A stretch of 64,000 nt of DNA from NCBI GenBank assembly GCA_963838775.1, contig CAWISP010000034.1, positions 13,689 to 77,688 on the forward strand, written 5' to 3'. The first letter of the stretch is position 1; each line of letters opens with the position of its first letter. A model generated the notes under the pieces. That model was not told where the DNA came from and did not search any database. It saw only the letters and a program-made list of their open reading frames with translations. This stretch comes from an uncultured Acidimicrobiales bacterium (lineage in GTDB: Bacteria; Actinomycetota; Acidimicrobiia; Acidimicrobiales; UBA8190). The position numbers and the translations under genes are program-made. Positions 46,435 to 55,705 of the stretch are shown piece after piece.

Positions 46435-47729
46435 GGCGATTCGCCCCGCACGACGACGGATCGGGCGTGGGCGGGGAGCCCCTCGGCCGCGGCGATGGCG
46501 GCCACGTGCGGTGCCAGTCGGGCCAGGGCTGCGGCGTCCATCGACACGGCGTGGATGTGGGTGCGGAAGTCGTCGACGCGCAGCGCCGACGCGAAACGCG
46601 CCGTGCGAGCGGTGGGCAGGACGTGGTTCGGGCCGGCCACGTAGTCGCCCACACTGGCCGGGGCATACGGGCCCAGGAACACAGCCCCCGCGCACCGGAC
46701 GAGGGGCAGGAGCGCCACCGCGTCCGCCACGAGCAGTTCCAGATGTTCGGGCGCCACCAGGTTGGCGACGGCCACGGCCTGGTCCGGGCCGTCCACGAGC
46801 ACGACGTACCCGCCCGTCCCCAGTGTCGCTTCGAGATCCTGACGCCGGGGCGAGGCCGCCACCAACCGATCGACCTCGGCCTCGATGGCGTCGGCCGCTT
46901 CGGCCGACCACGTGACCAACCAGGCCAGGCCGTCGGGGCCGTGCTCGGCCTGGACCACGACGTCGATCGCGGCCCACGCCACCGGCGTGTCGCCGTCGGC
47001 GACCACGACCACCTCCGAAGGTCCCGCGAACGCGGACGGGACACCCACCATCCCCGACACCTGGCGCTTGGCCTCGGCCACGTAGCGGTTGCCGGGTCCG
47101 GCGATGACGTCGACGGGTCGGATCGACGGCGTGCCGAACGCCATCGCGGCGACGGCCTGAGCTCCTCCCACCCGATAGACCTCGTCGATCCCGGCGATGG
47201 CGGCGGCCGCCAAGGTCTCGGACGCGATGGCGCCGTCGGGCCCGGGCGGGACGCACAACGCGAGCTCGGACACGCCCGCCACCCGGGCCGGGGCCGCGCA
47301 CATGAGCACGGTCGAGGGATAGCGCGCCCGGCCCCCCGGGGCGTACAGCCCGGCGCGCCCCACCGGTCGCAGCAGGTGCCGGACCACCACCCCGTCGTTC
47401 ACGAAGTCGGAGATCGGCTCCGGCTCGTGGCCGTGATAGGCGAGGATGCGGTTGTACGCGACCTCCAGCGCAACGCGCAGCCGGGGGTCGATCCCGGCCA
47501 AGGCGGCGTCGAGGTCCTCGCCGGGCACCCGCAGGGCGCCGACCTCGACACCGTCGAACCGCCGCGTCAGGGCCCGCAGCGCCTCGTCGCCCCCGATCCG
47601 CACCTCGTCGAGGATGGCTCGCACCGACTCACTGGGAAACGTCTGCTCGGCGGGCGGGCGCGGCAGCGCCTCAGCCAGCTCGTCGGCGGGCACACCACGC
47701 AGGTCGAGGCGCTTCATGGGCACGGTCAC
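46431..47729 (-). CDS. hisD: Histidinol dehydrogenase
   Basis: 432 aa with the YPSTVLM, GPGNRYVAEAK and QAEHGPD motifs. Confidence 0.93.
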   Translation of the reverse strand: MTVPMKRLDLRGVPADELAEALPRPPAEQTFPSESVRAILDEVRIGGDEALRALTRRFDGVEVGALRVPGEDLDAALAGIDPRLRVALEVAYNRILAYHGHEPEPISDFVNDGVVVRHLLRPVGRAGLYAPGGRARYPSTVLMCAAPARVAGVSELALCVPPGPDGAIASETLAAAAIAGIDEVYRVGGAQAVAAMAFGTPSIRPVDVIAGPGNRYVAEAKRQVSGMVGVPSAFAGPSEVVVVADGDTPVAWAAIDVVVQAEHGPDGLAWLVTWSAEAADAIEAEVDRLVAASPRRQDLEATLGTGGYVVLVDGPDQAVAVANLVAPEHLELLVADAVALLPLVRCAGAVFLGPYAPASVGDYVAGPNHVLPTARTARFASALRVDDFRTHIHAVSMDAAALARLAPHVAAIAAAEGLPAHARSVVVRGESP

Positions 47730-47862
47730 GCGATCGTACTCGGGGCACCTGCGCCCTCCGGTCCTGGTGAGAGGCTTGGAATCCCTCGAAGCGGACCATC
47801 CGGCGCGGTGAGGCCGGCGTCCCGGCTTCGCATCGCCCTCGGGGATCGGTCATCATCAGGGC

Positions 47863-48063
47863 GTGTCCGCCCCCCTCGCCGAGCTGTCTTCGGTGGCAAC
47901 CGCCCTGGAGGAGTTGCGCCAGCGTGTCGCCGCCATCGCGGACCAGGCTGCCTCGGAGAGCGATGACGACACCGCGTCCGAGCTCTACGCCGTGGAGCGG
48001 GCCCTCACCGGCGCGGGACGACGCCTCAGTCGACTCACCTCCGCCCCCGTGCGGCGCCGGTAA
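47863..48063 (+). CDS. Hypothetical small helical protein (66 aa)
   Basis: GTG start, high GC3, and a non-repetitive helical sequence (LAELSSVATALEELRQRVAAIADQAAS...). No recognisable family. Confidence 0.45.
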   Translation: MSAPLAELSSVATALEELRQRVAAIADQAASESDDDTASELYAVERALTGAGRRLSRLTSAPVRRR

Positions 48064-48289
48064 CGGGCAGCCGAAACGCCAGGCGCCAGGCGAATAGCGC
48101 TGACGGCGCCCTTGCGGGCGCCGTCGCGCGAGCGGGCCGGACGGCGGATGCCGACCGCACTCATCGGAACCGAGTGGCGGGAACCGGTTCCGTCTTCACT
48201 ACAACACCACGCGACGCCTCTGCCTTCCATGAACGGGCACAAAACTTCGTCCCAAATCGGTCGGCTCACCGGCCCGGCACCGCTCGACC

Positions 48290-49003
48290 TCACGCGGTGG
48301 TGACGGGCGGTACCAGCGGAGCGGTGTCAGCGGGTCGGTGTGACCGGAACGGGATCAGCGACGAGGGGCAGATGTCGGCGAGGACGCACTCGCCGCACAG
48401 CGGGGTACGGGCCCGACACGTCTTGCGGCCGTGGAGGATGAGACGCAGGCTCAGCGCCCCCCATTCCTCGGGAGGGACCAGCGCACCGACCTCGGCTTCG
48501 ACTTTGACCGGATCGGTCTGCGCCGTGAGGCCCAAACGCCGGGTGAGACGCCCCACATGGGTGTCGACGGGCAGCCCCGGCAGGTCCATGGCCACACTGC
48601 GCACCACGTTGGCGGTCTTGCGGCCCACCCCGGGCAGGCTCGTGAGGTCCTCCATCGACGACGGCACCTCACCGCCGAAGCGCTCGGTCACGCCCCGGGC
48701 CATCCCCACGAGGTTCTTTGCCTTCGAGCGGAAGAACCCCGTTGACCGCACCCGCTCCTCGAGGTCCTCGATCGGCGCGGCGGCGAGAGCCTCGGCTGTC
48801 GGGTACGCCTCGAACAGACCGGGCGTCACCATGTTGACCCGCTCGTCGGTGCACTGGGCCGAGAGGATCGTCGCCACGAGAAGCTGGAAGGCGCCGTCGT
48901 GACGGAGCGCGCACAACTGGGCGGCGCTACCCGGGTACAGGTTTGCGAGACGCTTCACGACCTCGGCCGCCCGGGCGCGTAGGGAACGGGGACGGGCCAC
49001 CAC
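48290..49003 (-). CDS. nth: Endonuclease III (DNA glycosylase/AP lyase)
   Basis: HhH-GPD region (LVATILSAQCTDERVN, LPGVGRKTANVV, VDTHV) and the 4Fe-4S loop CRARTPLCGECVLADIC. A GTG near 49003 was chosen as the start. Confidence 0.9.
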   Translation of the reverse strand: MVARPRSLRARAAEVVKRLANLYPGSAAQLCALRHDGAFQLLVATILSAQCTDERVNMVTPGLFEAYPTAEALAAAPIEDLEERVRSTGFFRSKAKNLVGMARGVTERFGGEVPSSMEDLTSLPGVGRKTANVVRSVAMDLPGLPVDTHVGRLTRRLGLTAQTDPVKVEAEVGALVPPEEWGALSLRLILHGRKTCRARTPLCGECVLADICPSSLIPFRSHRPADTAPLVPPVTTA

Positions 49004-49074
49004 GTCACAGTACCGAGACCACTGACCGGGCCGGGCAGTCGGGGTCGGCAAGCGACGTTCGGTAGCCTTCGACG

Positions 49075-49989
49075 GTGCATCCCATCGAGGTGAAGCGCCG
49101 CATGGGCGAGTCCGACATCGCCGAGGTGTCTCAGCTTCTGCAGCAGGCACTGGTCGCCGACGGCCACTATCCGCTCGGTGAGCACAAGTGGTTGGACCTG
49201 GTGCACGGGGGTCGCACGGGTTTCGCCGGCTTCGTCGCCCGGGAACCGTCCAACGGCCCTCTGGTCGGCTATGCACAACTCAGCCGCGGTCACGGCACCT
49301 GGGGTGTCGAGGTGGTGGTCCGCCCCGACCATCGCAAGCCCGATGCCGAGGTCGGCATCAGTCTCCTGACCGCCGCGTTGCGCGAGGTGGCCAGAGAGGG
49401 CGGAGGGCACGTGCATCTGTGGGTTCCGAAACCCACCACCCTCACCGACGCCATGGCCGAGACCTGTGGCCTCCGACGCGGCCGGGACCTCTATCAGATG
49501 CGCCGACCGCTCCCGCTCGACGACGAGCATCCCCGCATCCCCGTCCGCCCCTTTCGACCCGGCGAGGACGAGGAGGCGTGGCTGGCGGTCAACAACCGCG
49601 CCTTCGCCTCTCATCCCGAACAGGGGGGTTGGAGTCTCGACACGATCCGCGAGCGCGAAGCCGAATCGTGGTTCGACCCCGAGGGGTTTCTCCTCCACGA
49701 GCGCGACGGACGTCTGGCTGCCTCGTGCTGGACGAAGGTGCACCATGACACCGAGCCCCCACTGGGAGAGATCTACGTGATCTCGGTGGACCCGGACTTC
49801 CAGGGCCTGGGGCTCGGACGCGACCTGGTCCTCGCCGGCCTCGACTACCTCTCGGCGCGGGGCATCACGGTGGGCATGCTCTACGTCGACGCCGACAACA
49901 CCCCCGCCGTCGGCCTCTACCGCAAGCTCGGCTTCGAGGTCGACCACACCGATCGCGCCTACGTCACCGACGTGCCCGCATCGGCCTGA
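49075..49989 (+). CDS. mshD: Mycothiol synthase (tandem GNAT acetyltransferase)
   Basis: Two GNAT halves. The C-terminal half has EIYVISVDPDFQGLGLGRDLV...GMLYVDADNTPAVGLYRKLGF. Length and layout match MshD. Confidence 0.8.
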   Translation: MHPIEVKRRMGESDIAEVSQLLQQALVADGHYPLGEHKWLDLVHGGRTGFAGFVAREPSNGPLVGYAQLSRGHGTWGVEVVVRPDHRKPDAEVGISLLTAALREVAREGGGHVHLWVPKPTTLTDAMAETCGLRRGRDLYQMRRPLPLDDEHPRIPVRPFRPGEDEEAWLAVNNRAFASHPEQGGWSLDTIREREAESWFDPEGFLLHERDGRLAASCWTKVHHDTEPPLGEIYVISVDPDFQGLGLGRDLVLAGLDYLSARGITVGMLYVDADNTPAVGLYRKLGFEVDHTDRAYVTDVPASA

Positions 49990-49992
49990 AAA

Positions 49993-50009
49993 CCACTGGT
50001 CGACAGTGG
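49993..50009 (+). terminator. Short hairpin immediately after the mshD stop (weak terminator candidate)
   Basis: CCACTG-GTCGA-CAGTGG lies 4 nt after the TGA. There is no U-tract, so support is weak. Confidence 0.25.
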
Positions 50010-50158
50010 TGACGTTGCCGTCCCCGCCCAGTCACTCTGCGCAGTTCATCAATCTTGGGGATGCATGTGGGAAACGCAACTGGTGCCATGAAGGGGCACA
50101 CTCGCCCGTCGCCGACTGAGGGGCCGGATCTCCCAGCTGGCGGGCAGAGGGGGTCACC

Positions 50159-53100
50159 GTGGGACGCTTTCAGCACCTCGCCACCCGACTGAGCATCGTT
50201 GGCGCGCTCGCACTCGTCATCGGAACCTCATTGGTGGCTGGCGTCATAACGCAGGCCCTCACAAGCTCCGCCTTTGCCGACACCGCGCCCTACGAGACCT
50301 TCTGCGCCAATACGCCAGCGGGAAACATCGTGCTCAACGATGTCGTCGTCAGCGGTGCGCTGTCTCCCTCCAATCCCACGACGGGTCAGCAATTCAACGT
50401 GACCGGGCTCGAGGTCAAAGAACAACTGCCCGCCGCCGTCGTGCAGGATGCCGCCGCCACCGGTCTCACCTCCCTTACCGGCACGCTGACGACTTCCGTG
50501 GACGCCACCGGAGCGACGCCGCCGTCGATCTCGACCGGGGCAATGTCCTTCGACATCCCCATCCCGAATCCCGTGCCGGCGTCGGGCATCACCCTGCAAG
50601 TCCCGTCGACGCCGGCCACCGTCGGACCCTTCACGGCCACGAGCAGCAACATCACCGTGAGTGAAGCGGCTGTCGCGAACACCACCGACATCGACGGTGA
50701 CGGCATCGGCCTCATTGCGCTCGACTGTTCTTCCTACCCGAACGACACCCTGCCGTCCGGATTCACCAGCAACTCCCCGCCGGGGCTCCCCATATCCCCT
50801 GTCATCGCTACCGCCGGCCAGGGGACCCCTCCCCCTGCTCCCCCGACGCTGACCGGGCCCTACGAGCTGTACTGCCCCCACACCCCGGTGGGCGACCTCG
50901 TGCTCAATGACGTCGTCACCTCCGCCTCGATCTCGCCGAGCAGCCTCTCGGCCGGCGAACAATTCGACGTGGCGGGATACCAGACCCACATCCCACTCCC
51001 CGCCGGCTTGGTCTCTGCCGCGGCCGGGTTGGGCAACAGCAGCTTCGACGGGTTGGCCGCCAGTGCCGTCGACGCCTACGGCGCCACGCCGTCACAGGCA
51101 TCGACGGGGTCGATGAGCTTCGACGTGCCCATCCCGGCCACGGTGCCGAGCTCGGGCCTCGGCGTCGACTTCCCGACGTCCGCCACCACGGTCGGGCCCT
51201 TCACCGCCTCGGGCGGGCCCGTCACCATCGCCGAGGACCAGTCCACGATGGTGGTGGCGGCCTTGTCGAGCAAGGCGTTCACGATGTCGTGCACCGCGTA
51301 CCCCAACGACGACGTCGCCACCTCGGGATCGACGGGCACCGCCCCCACCGGGGTTCCCATCCGGCCCATCATCGCCACCGCCTCGGCGTCGGGATCCACG
51401 CCTACGACGACCACGGCGCCACCGACGACGGTCCCCCCGACGTCGCCCACCGGCCCCTACGAGCTGTACTGCCCGAATACTCCCGTGGGCAACATCGTCC
51501 TCAACGACACGACGACCTCGGCCACGATCACACCTTCCACGCTGGCCCAGAACCAGCAATTCCAGCTGGCCGACCTCCAGACCCAGTTCTCGATCCCCCA
51601 GAGTGTCGTCGAACAGGCCGAAGGCCTCGGGCTCACCCAGATCTCCGGGCACATGTCGATGTTCGTCGACGCCACGGGCGTGTCCCAATTCGATGAACCC
51701 GGTCCCGTCGAAGTCGTCGGGTCGTCACCCAGTACGTCGTTGACGGACCTCCCCCCCACCCCCACGACCACGTCGGTCACCGTGGAGCCGACCTCCCCCG
51801 GGGTGCCGTTCCCCGAACCGTTCCAACCCTACCCGTCGTTCTTCGACCTCCCCTTCAACGTGACGCTGCCCAACCCCGTGCCCGCCACCGGGGTCCAGTT
51901 CGACGCGACCGTTCCCTCCGGCGAGCTGGTGGGATCCTTCACGGCGGCGGGGGGCCCCATCGCCTTCGGCATCAACGCCGTCAACCTCAACGTGACCGAG
52001 TTCGGCGACAACTTCGGGCTCTTCTGCACGCCGTTCGCCAATGACACCGAGCCCACTGGCCTCACGACCACGGTGCCGAGCGGATCGATCATCGAGCCGG
52101 TCATGGCCACCGGCACCGCCACCATCACCCCGCCACCTCCCATCGGCCCGGGGGGCGAGGGACCGTACGAGCTGTACTGTCCGAACACACCGGTCGGAAA
52201 CGTCGTGCTCAACGAGGTCACGACCACGGCGACCCTGTCACCACCCGATCCGTCCCCCGGTGACCAGTTCAGCGTGACGAACTATCAGACCCAGGTTCCC
52301 CTGCCCGCCTCCATCGCCGCGGCCGCCGCCGCCCTCGGGAACCCGTCGCTCCCCGGCAACGTCACGGCCACGATCGACGCCGCGGGCGCCACCCCGGCGT
52401 CGATCCCGACGGGCCCGATGAGCTTCGACGTCGCCCTCCCGACCCCCATGCCGGCCTCTGGCGTCACGATCGTGGTGCCGTCGGCTCCCAGCACGATCGG
52501 CCCCTTCACCGCCACCAGCAACGCCATCACCATCGCCCAGAACGCGGCGGTCAACCTCATCCTCGAGGTGTCGGGCAGCGATCTGGCGCTGAACTGCACC
52601 GCCTATCCCGACGACAGTGCGCCGACCGGCATCACCGAATTCCCGCCCGACGCCTCGCCCGTCTCCCCCGTCATCGTCACCGCAGGCCCGGTGACCACGA
52701 CGACCACGACGACCACGACACCCCCCCCGACGGTGCCACCCGGACAGACGACGGGCGCCTACGAGCTGTACTGCCCCGGCACGCCGGTCGGCAACATCGT
52801 CCTCAACAACGTGACCACCACGGCGTCGATCCCGAGCAGCCTGACGGTGGGACAACAGTTCGAGGCCACCAACTTCCAGACGAACCTCAACCTACCGTCG
52901 TCGATCGTCTCCGCGGCCGCCGCCCTCGGCAACTCAGCGATCGAGGGTGACGCGGTGGTCAAGGTCGATGCCACCGGTGCCGACCCGGCGACGGTGTCGT
53001 CGGGTGCGCTCGACATCAATGCTCCTATCCCGAGCCCGGTGCCTCGTTCGGGCCTGGCGCTGGCGGTGCCTTCGCCTCCGGGAAGCGTCGGCCCCTTCAC

Positions 53101-53749
53101 CGCCACAGGCGGCGCGGTCACGCTTACCGTGGACCCGGACGTCTCGTTAACCCTGACGGTGTCGGGCAGCTCGCTGAACCTCACGTGCAAGCCCTACCCG
53201 AACAACACCGATTCCACCGGCATCGTGGCGAACCCGCCCAATGGCTCGGCGGTGGCGCCCGTCATCGCCACCGGCTCGACCGGGACCACGCCCCCGACGC
53301 CGACAACGGTCACGGCATCGCCGACGACGGCTCCGGCCGAGACCGGCCCCACCGAGACCACCGTGCCCGACACGGGCACAGCACCGACCACGACACAGGC
53401 GGTCACGGGTCCCGTCGCCGTCACCGACGCCCCGACGACGACCGCCCCGGCGCCGGGATCGACGACAACGGCGACACCGGCGTCGTCGATCACCGCCTCG
53501 ACAGCCACCGCGGCCGGGTCTTCGCACGGGGACACCGCCGATCAGACCACGGCACCCGGCCCCGTCGTGGCGGCGAGCTCAGGGGCCCTCGCCTTCACCG
53601 GTGTGGGGGTGATCGCGCAGTGGCTGGCCGTGGTGGGCGGCGCCCTCATGGTGCTCGGCTTCGCCCTCCTCATCATGGTGGACACCCCGCGCCGGATCAT
53701 GTTCCGGTTGGCCCGGCACAACGCGTCCTGGCGGCGTTGGCCACGTTGA
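50159..53749 (+). CDS. Giant wall-anchored surface protein: signal peptide, five two-cysteine repeat modules, Thr/Pro stalk, LAFTG sorting signal
   Basis: Single 1,196-aa ORF. AGAGGGGG SD then GTG. Signal ...LTSSAFA/DTAP. Modules start at 50291, 50861, 51458, 52166 and 52760. LAFTG at 53588-53602, then a TM helix and a basic tail. Confidence 0.85.
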   Translation: MGRFQHLATRLSIVGALALVIGTSLVAGVITQALTSSAFADTAPYETFCANTPAGNIVLNDVVVSGALSPSNPTTGQQFNVTGLEVKEQLPAAVVQDAAATGLTSLTGTLTTSVDATGATPPSISTGAMSFDIPIPNPVPASGITLQVPSTPATVGPFTATSSNITVSEAAVANTTDIDGDGIGLIALDCSSYPNDTLPSGFTSNSPPGLPISPVIATAGQGTPPPAPPTLTGPYELYCPHTPVGDLVLNDVVTSASISPSSLSAGEQFDVAGYQTHIPLPAGLVSAAAGLGNSSFDGLAASAVDAYGATPSQASTGSMSFDVPIPATVPSSGLGVDFPTSATTVGPFTASGGPVTIAEDQSTMVVAALSSKAFTMSCTAYPNDDVATSGSTGTAPTGVPIRPIIATASASGSTPTTTTAPPTTVPPTSPTGPYELYCPNTPVGNIVLNDTTTSATITPSTLAQNQQFQLADLQTQFSIPQSVVEQAEGLGLTQISGHMSMFVDATGVSQFDEPGPVEVVGSSPSTSLTDLPPTPTTTSVTVEPTSPGVPFPEPFQPYPSFFDLPFNVTLPNPVPATGVQFDATVPSGELVGSFTAAGGPIAFGINAVNLNVTEFGDNFGLFCTPFANDTEPTGLTTTVPSGSIIEPVMATGTATITPPPPIGPGGEGPYELYCPNTPVGNVVLNEVTTTATLSPPDPSPGDQFSVTNYQTQVPLPASIAAAAAALGNPSLPGNVTATIDAAGATPASIPTGPMSFDVALPTPMPASGVTIVVPSAPSTIGPFTATSNAITIAQNAAVNLILEVSGSDLALNCTAYPDDSAPTGITEFPPDASPVSPVIVTAGPVTTTTTTTTTPPPTVPPGQTTGAYELYCPGTPVGNIVLNNVTTTASIPSSLTVGQQFEATNFQTNLNLPSSIVSAAAALGNSAIEGDAVVKVDATGADPATVSSGALDINAPIPSPVPRSGLALAVPSPPGSVGPFTATGGAVTLTVDPDVSLTLTVSGSSLNLTCKPYPNNTDSTGIVANPPNGSAVAPVIATGSTGTTPPTPTTVTASPTTAPAETGPTETTVPDTGTAPTTTQAVTGPVAVTDAPTTTAPAPGSTTTATPASSITASTATAAGSSHGDTADQTTAPGPVVAASSGALAFTGVGVIAQWLAVVGGALMVLGFALLIMVDTPRRIMFRLARHNASWRRWPR
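50291..53280 (+). repeat. Five tandem coding repeats (570-708 nt each) inside the giant surface-protein gene
   Basis: Modules 2-5 each start with TACGAGCTGTACTGYCC (YELYCP). Blocks FD[IV]PIPxPVPxSG, TVGPFTA, CxxYPN and PVIAT recur at matching positions. Confidence 0.85.
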
Positions 53750-53820
53750 AGCGGCAGGAGCTGGCGGCCTCGCCAGGACGATCCGGGTCGCCCGGCGAGA
53801 CTGGCCTCGGGCTTCGGGGG

Positions 53821-54627
53821 CTAGTGCGCGGTGCTGATGCCGACGAGGGCGCCGACCCCGAAGGTCACGGCGGCAGGTAACGCCGTCATCAGGAGCTGGC
53901 GAGTCGACGACCGCCACCAGCTCCGGCGAGTGAACACCGCCAAGGCGGCTCCTACGCCGAGCGCGGCGAGCACGCTCAGCACGACCGATGCCACTACCGC
54001 AGCGGTCCCCCTGGCGATGAACCACGGGATGAGAGGGATCAGCGCGCCCACACCGAAGGTGACGAACGACGACACCGCGGCCTGCAGGGGACGACCGAGC
54101 GCGGCGGGATTGATGCCGAGCTCCTCACGGGCGTGAGTCTCGAGCGCCAACTCAGGCGTCCGCATCATCTCGTCGGCGAGGGTGCGAGCGACGGTCGGGT
54201 CCACGCCACGCTTCTCGTAGATGCCGACGAGCTCACGCCGCTCGCCTTCGGGTCGGTGGCTGATCTCGTGCTTCTCCATGGCCAGCTCGCGCTCGAGGAG
54301 CTCGCGCTGAGCCGACATGGAGGTCCACTCGCCCGACGCCATCGAGAACGCCCCCGCGATCGTTAGCGAGATCCCGGCCAGGCGCACCACACTCGGGCCG
54401 GCGTTGGCGCCGGCGAACCCCAGGATCAGCGAAACGTTGGTGACCAGGCCGTCCGCCACCCCGAACACGGCGGCGCGGGCCCCTCCGCCTTGGACGTTGC
54501 GGTGATGGTGGTCCCACAGGTGGGCCTCACCGGTGCCTCGCCGGCTGGGGTGGGCGTCTGACGCCCGGCGGCCGAACAATCGGGCCGCCCGGCTCCGGGT
54601 CTCGAGCCCACCGGTCGCCTTCACCAC
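53821..54627 (-). CDS. VIT1/CCC1-family (Fe/Mn) transporter
   Basis: VFGVADGLVTNVSLILG, GAFSMASGEWTS, a central cytoplasmic helical region (ELAMEKHEISHRPEGERRELVGIYEKRGV) and C-terminal TM helices. GTG 54627 was chosen so as not to overlap the divergent gene. Confidence 0.75.
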   Translation of the reverse strand: MVKATGGLETRSRAARLFGRRASDAHPSRRGTGEAHLWDHHHRNVQGGGARAAVFGVADGLVTNVSLILGFAGANAGPSVVRLAGISLTIAGAFSMASGEWTSMSAQRELLERELAMEKHEISHRPEGERRELVGIYEKRGVDPTVARTLADEMMRTPELALETHAREELGINPAALGRPLQAAVSSFVTFGVGALIPLIPWFIARGTAAVVASVVLSVLAALGVGAALAVFTRRSWWRSSTRQLLMTALPAAVTFGVGALVGISTAH

Positions 54628-54678
54628 CGCGAGACTACCGACCGCCCCGGGGTCAAGCGGCCACCCGGACCTGCAAGA

Positions 54679-55050
54679 ATGACTCACATGGCCGAGCCCC
54701 GACGCTGGTTCGACCCGTCGCAACCCCAGACCCTGCAGGGTGCGGTGATGCTCAGCTATCTGATCGCTGCCTTCAGCCTGCTGTGGCTCCTGTTCGGGGC
54801 GTACCCGTCGGTGATCTCTCTGGGCTTGGGTGCGGCCGGCTACGGCATCGCCAACGAGAAACGGTGGGGTTACCGCCTCGGTCTCGTGTTGGCCGGACTC
54901 AGCGTCCTCTTGTTCCTGTCGGTGTTTGCCGACGTCGGGCTCGCGTCCGGTTTCAGGCTCGTGGGCATCAACCTCGTCTTCACCCTCGTCCTCGTCGCCC
55001 TCTATCTCCATCCCCAGAGCCGCGAGTACCAGCGCGTCTGGTTCAAGTGA
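54679..55050 (+). CDS. Hypothetical small membrane protein (3-4 TM helices)
   Basis: 123 aa, strongly hydrophobic segments, high GC3. Its position is incompatible with the long antisense track ORF 53821-55095. Confidence 0.65.
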   Translation: MTHMAEPRRWFDPSQPQTLQGAVMLSYLIAAFSLLWLLFGAYPSVISLGLGAAGYGIANEKRWGYRLGLVLAGLSVLLFLSVFADVGLASGFRLVGINLVFTLVLVALYLHPQSREYQRVWFK

Positions 55051-55106
55051 CGCGAGCCGGGCGCAGCGCCCGGCGAGCCACAGGGCGGCGCGCATAGTCT
55101 CGGGCC

Positions 55107-55565
55107 ATGACGACCACCGTTTCGAGCATCGACGAGCTCAGCAAGCTCACCGGCCAACACCTCGGGTACTCCGGCTGGCACGTGATCGACCAGGCGCAGA
55201 TCAACCTCTTCGCCGACGCCACCGGCGACCACCAGTGGATCCACGTCGATCCCGAGCGGGCCGCGTCGGGGCCCTTCGGCACCACCATCGCCCACGGTTA
55301 CCTCACCCTGTCGATCATCCCGTCGATCCTGCACGAGGTGATCCGGGTCGAGGGCTTCAAGTTCGGCGTGAACTACGGCGCCAACAAGGTCAGGTTCCCG
55401 TCCCCGGTCAAGGTGGGGTCGAAGCTCCGCCTGGGAGCGGCCGTGTCGTCGGTGGAGAACGTCGGCCCCGACGCCGCCCAGGCCGTGCTCGACATCACCA
55501 TCGAGACCGAGGGCTCGGACAAGCCATCGTGTGTAGCCCAGGTGGTCTACCGCTACTCCTGGTGA
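55107..55565 (+). CDS. MaoC-like (R)-specific enoyl-CoA hydratase / hot-dog fold dehydratase
   Basis: LFADATGDHQWIHVDPERA...GTTIAHGY motif of the MaoC dehydratase family. 152 aa. Confidence 0.85.
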   Translation: MTTTVSSIDELSKLTGQHLGYSGWHVIDQAQINLFADATGDHQWIHVDPERAASGPFGTTIAHGYLTLSIIPSILHEVIRVEGFKFGVNYGANKVRFPSPVKVGSKLRLGAAVSSVENVGPDAAQAVLDITIETEGSDKPSCVAQVVYRYSW

Positions 55566-55642
55566 TCCCACGGCGTTCGGTCGCCGTCACCGGCGCCCAC
55601 CGGTCGCCCTGGCGCCAGGATCGCCCGCCTCACAACCCCGCT

Positions 55643-55705
55643 TCTCAGAGCCCATTTCTCAGAGCCCATTTCACAGAGCCCATTTCACAGAGCCCATCAC
55701 AGAGG
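55643..55705. repeat. 14-bp tandem repeat (about 4.5 copies) in a convergent intergenic region, running into the acyl-CoA dehydrogenase stop codon
   Basis: TCTCAGAGCCCATT / TCTCAGAGCCCATT / TCACAGAGCCCATT / TCACAGAGCCCAT / CACAGAGGG. The region is locally much less GC-rich than its surroundings. Confidence 0.85.

Noticed and set aside
50040-50060. Shared TCAATC(T/G)TG motif in the upstream regions of the giant surface-protein gene and of its paralog (near 30320-30345, minus strand)
   Set aside because: It is only an 8-of-9 match, lies at different distances from the two starts, and is not supported by any further shared sequence. It may be chance.
54628-54678. Mn-sensing yybP-ykoY riboswitch upstream of the VIT-family gene
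   Set aside because: Only about 50 nt separate the best VIT start from the divergent gene. That is too short for the riboswitch, and I could not see its conserved helices.
55643-55705. Possible CRISPR array or mini-array (also considered for 23071-23120 and 29431-29511)
   Set aside because: The units are directly abutting with no spacers and are only 14-21 bp long. No cas genes are present in the window.
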